From positions 1,620,374 to 1,684,373 of the forward strand of contig NW_003314272.1 of NCBI RefSeq assembly GCF_000143415.4: 64,000 nucleotides of DNA, read 5' to 3'. The notes beneath the pieces are model-generated. The model had not been told where the DNA came from and did no database searches. It was given only the letters and a program-made list of their open reading frames with translations. The position numbers were made by a program, and so were the translations under genes. This stretch comes from Selaginella moellendorffii. Taxonomy: Eukaryota > Plantae > Lycopodiophyta. How positions within the stretch are numbered: position 1 is the stretch's first letter; each line of letters opens with the position of its first letter. Shown here one piece after another: positions 62,801 through 64,000 of this stretch.

Positions 62801-63031
62801 TGGCGAAGAAAAGAGGTGTCGCCTTGTAAAAGCATTTGCACTGTGCACGTCCCTAGCCTACGATCATGAGCAAAAACAAACGAAAGGGGGAAGGAAAATC
62901 CACACGATATATCTACAAACACTTCAAGCTTTGAGCAGTGGCGAACCTTAGAGAAGAGAGAGAGGAAAAAAAAAAAACTTCTTTCGGTTTGGTGCTGCGA
63001 CGATGAATCCGACGAGGAGGCAAGGATCCTC

Positions 63032-63953
63032 TCATTTGCGACAGGATGATAGGCCAAGGCCGCCGCAGAACATTGCGATGACAATGTAGAGCAAGAAGAC
63101 GATGAGGCACGTCATGCAAGCCCTGCAAAGACAAAAGAGGAACGTCAGTGTTATATATGCTCAAAGCTAGAAAAAAGAGATGCGATGATCATCGGATCGA
63201 GAGCGAGAGCTATGGGTATAACTCACAAGAGTTTGGCGTTTTTCATCCACATTGCCTGCTGAAGGCGACGGGATTGTTTTTTGAAGCGGAAACTATTATC
63301 TTGCATCGTGGATGTCTTGTCCACCAGGAGCTCTATTCTGTCACCTCGTTCCAAGACTTTGTCAATGTTTTCGACCATAACTGATCGGACCTGGAACACC
63401 GCGAGCGACAGCCAGTGTGAGAAGAACCAAACAAAGAATGGATAGTCATGCCTACCTCGTTTAGATCGCCTTTGACCCGATTGATCGTGTCCGCCTCGGG
63501 GTTATTGGAAAAGTATTCCATCTGCTGGTGCAAAACTCTAGAAAACTCGTCGTTCATCGAGTATGCCAGAGCGGTGCGAGCAACTCGTCCATATGTCTTG
63601 ATAAATCTCATGTGAATGTCTTCCAGATAAGCGAAAGGAATTCGTCCTGATCGACAAAAAAAGAAAGAACAAGTGTGTGAGACTAGAAAACTATAGAGCT
63701 CCAAAAGAAAGGAAGAAAAAATCTTCACTCACTCACTTCCAAATGTATCTGTTGCCATGCAAAGAAAAGTGAGACCATCGGCCTTCATGATGTGGAAAAT
63801 GTGGCGATCCTGCGAATAGGAGAGGCGGCTATCGCTGGAAGCCGGCAGCTTCTCGATAATCCGCCGGGCGATGGTGGTAGCATTCCCTGTGACAGCACTA
63901 AACTCGGCTAGCACGACCGATCCTCTAGCGACGAGCGCGTACAAGATCGTCAT
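63032..63953 (-). CDS. Vesicle-associated membrane protein VAMP71 family (VAMP714-like R-SNARE), 4 exons
   Basis: Longin MTILYALVARGSVVLAEF, RRIPFAYLEDIH, SNARE MVENIDKVLERGDRIELLVDKT, C-terminal TM then CGG..C. Confidence 0.95.
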
Positions 63954-64000
63954 CGCCCTACCGCCTGCCGCTGCTAGTGCTGCTCCTGCTGCTAGACCTG

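Noticed and set aside
1-64000. CRISPR arrays, rRNA, tRNA, conserved miRNAs (156/160/166/171/319/408)
   Set aside because: None seen by eye; lineage-specific miRNAs cannot be excluded without folding and small-RNA data.

Overview
Eukaryotic plant nuclear DNA from a very compact genome (introns mostly ~50-70 bp, very short intergenic gaps, GC-rich intronless PPR genes). These traits suggest the lycophyte Selaginella; this is an inference from style, not a database match. Apparently intact genes: DNA polymerase eta (POLH), kinetochore NUF2, KRI1, a P-class and a PLS/E-class PPR gene, an atypical CLE peptide precursor, a ZIFL-type MFS transporter, an intronless Crinkler/PD-(D/E)XK-like ORF, a thylakoid-lumen TPM protein, a phosphoglycerate-mutase-like protein, an ectodomain-less LysM-RLK-like pseudokinase, PYG7, a ~1160-aa BEL1-like homeodomain gene and a VAMP71 SNARE. 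Between them lie a decayed Ty3/gypsy chromovirus, AT-rich repeats and many deleted or inverted pseudogene fragments, several copied from genes in this same window. Most notable are (1) a CLE dodecapeptide HYVRSAPNPMHN that mixes TDIF-type His1 with CLV3-type His11-Asn12 and has Gly6->Ala, (2) the fungal-effector-like REase ORF, (3) a POLH::NUF2 chimeric inverted duplication bracketing POLH, and (4) an overlapping uORF plus a ~9 kb gene-free region upstream of the BELL gene. Exon boundaries were read by eye and are approximate.
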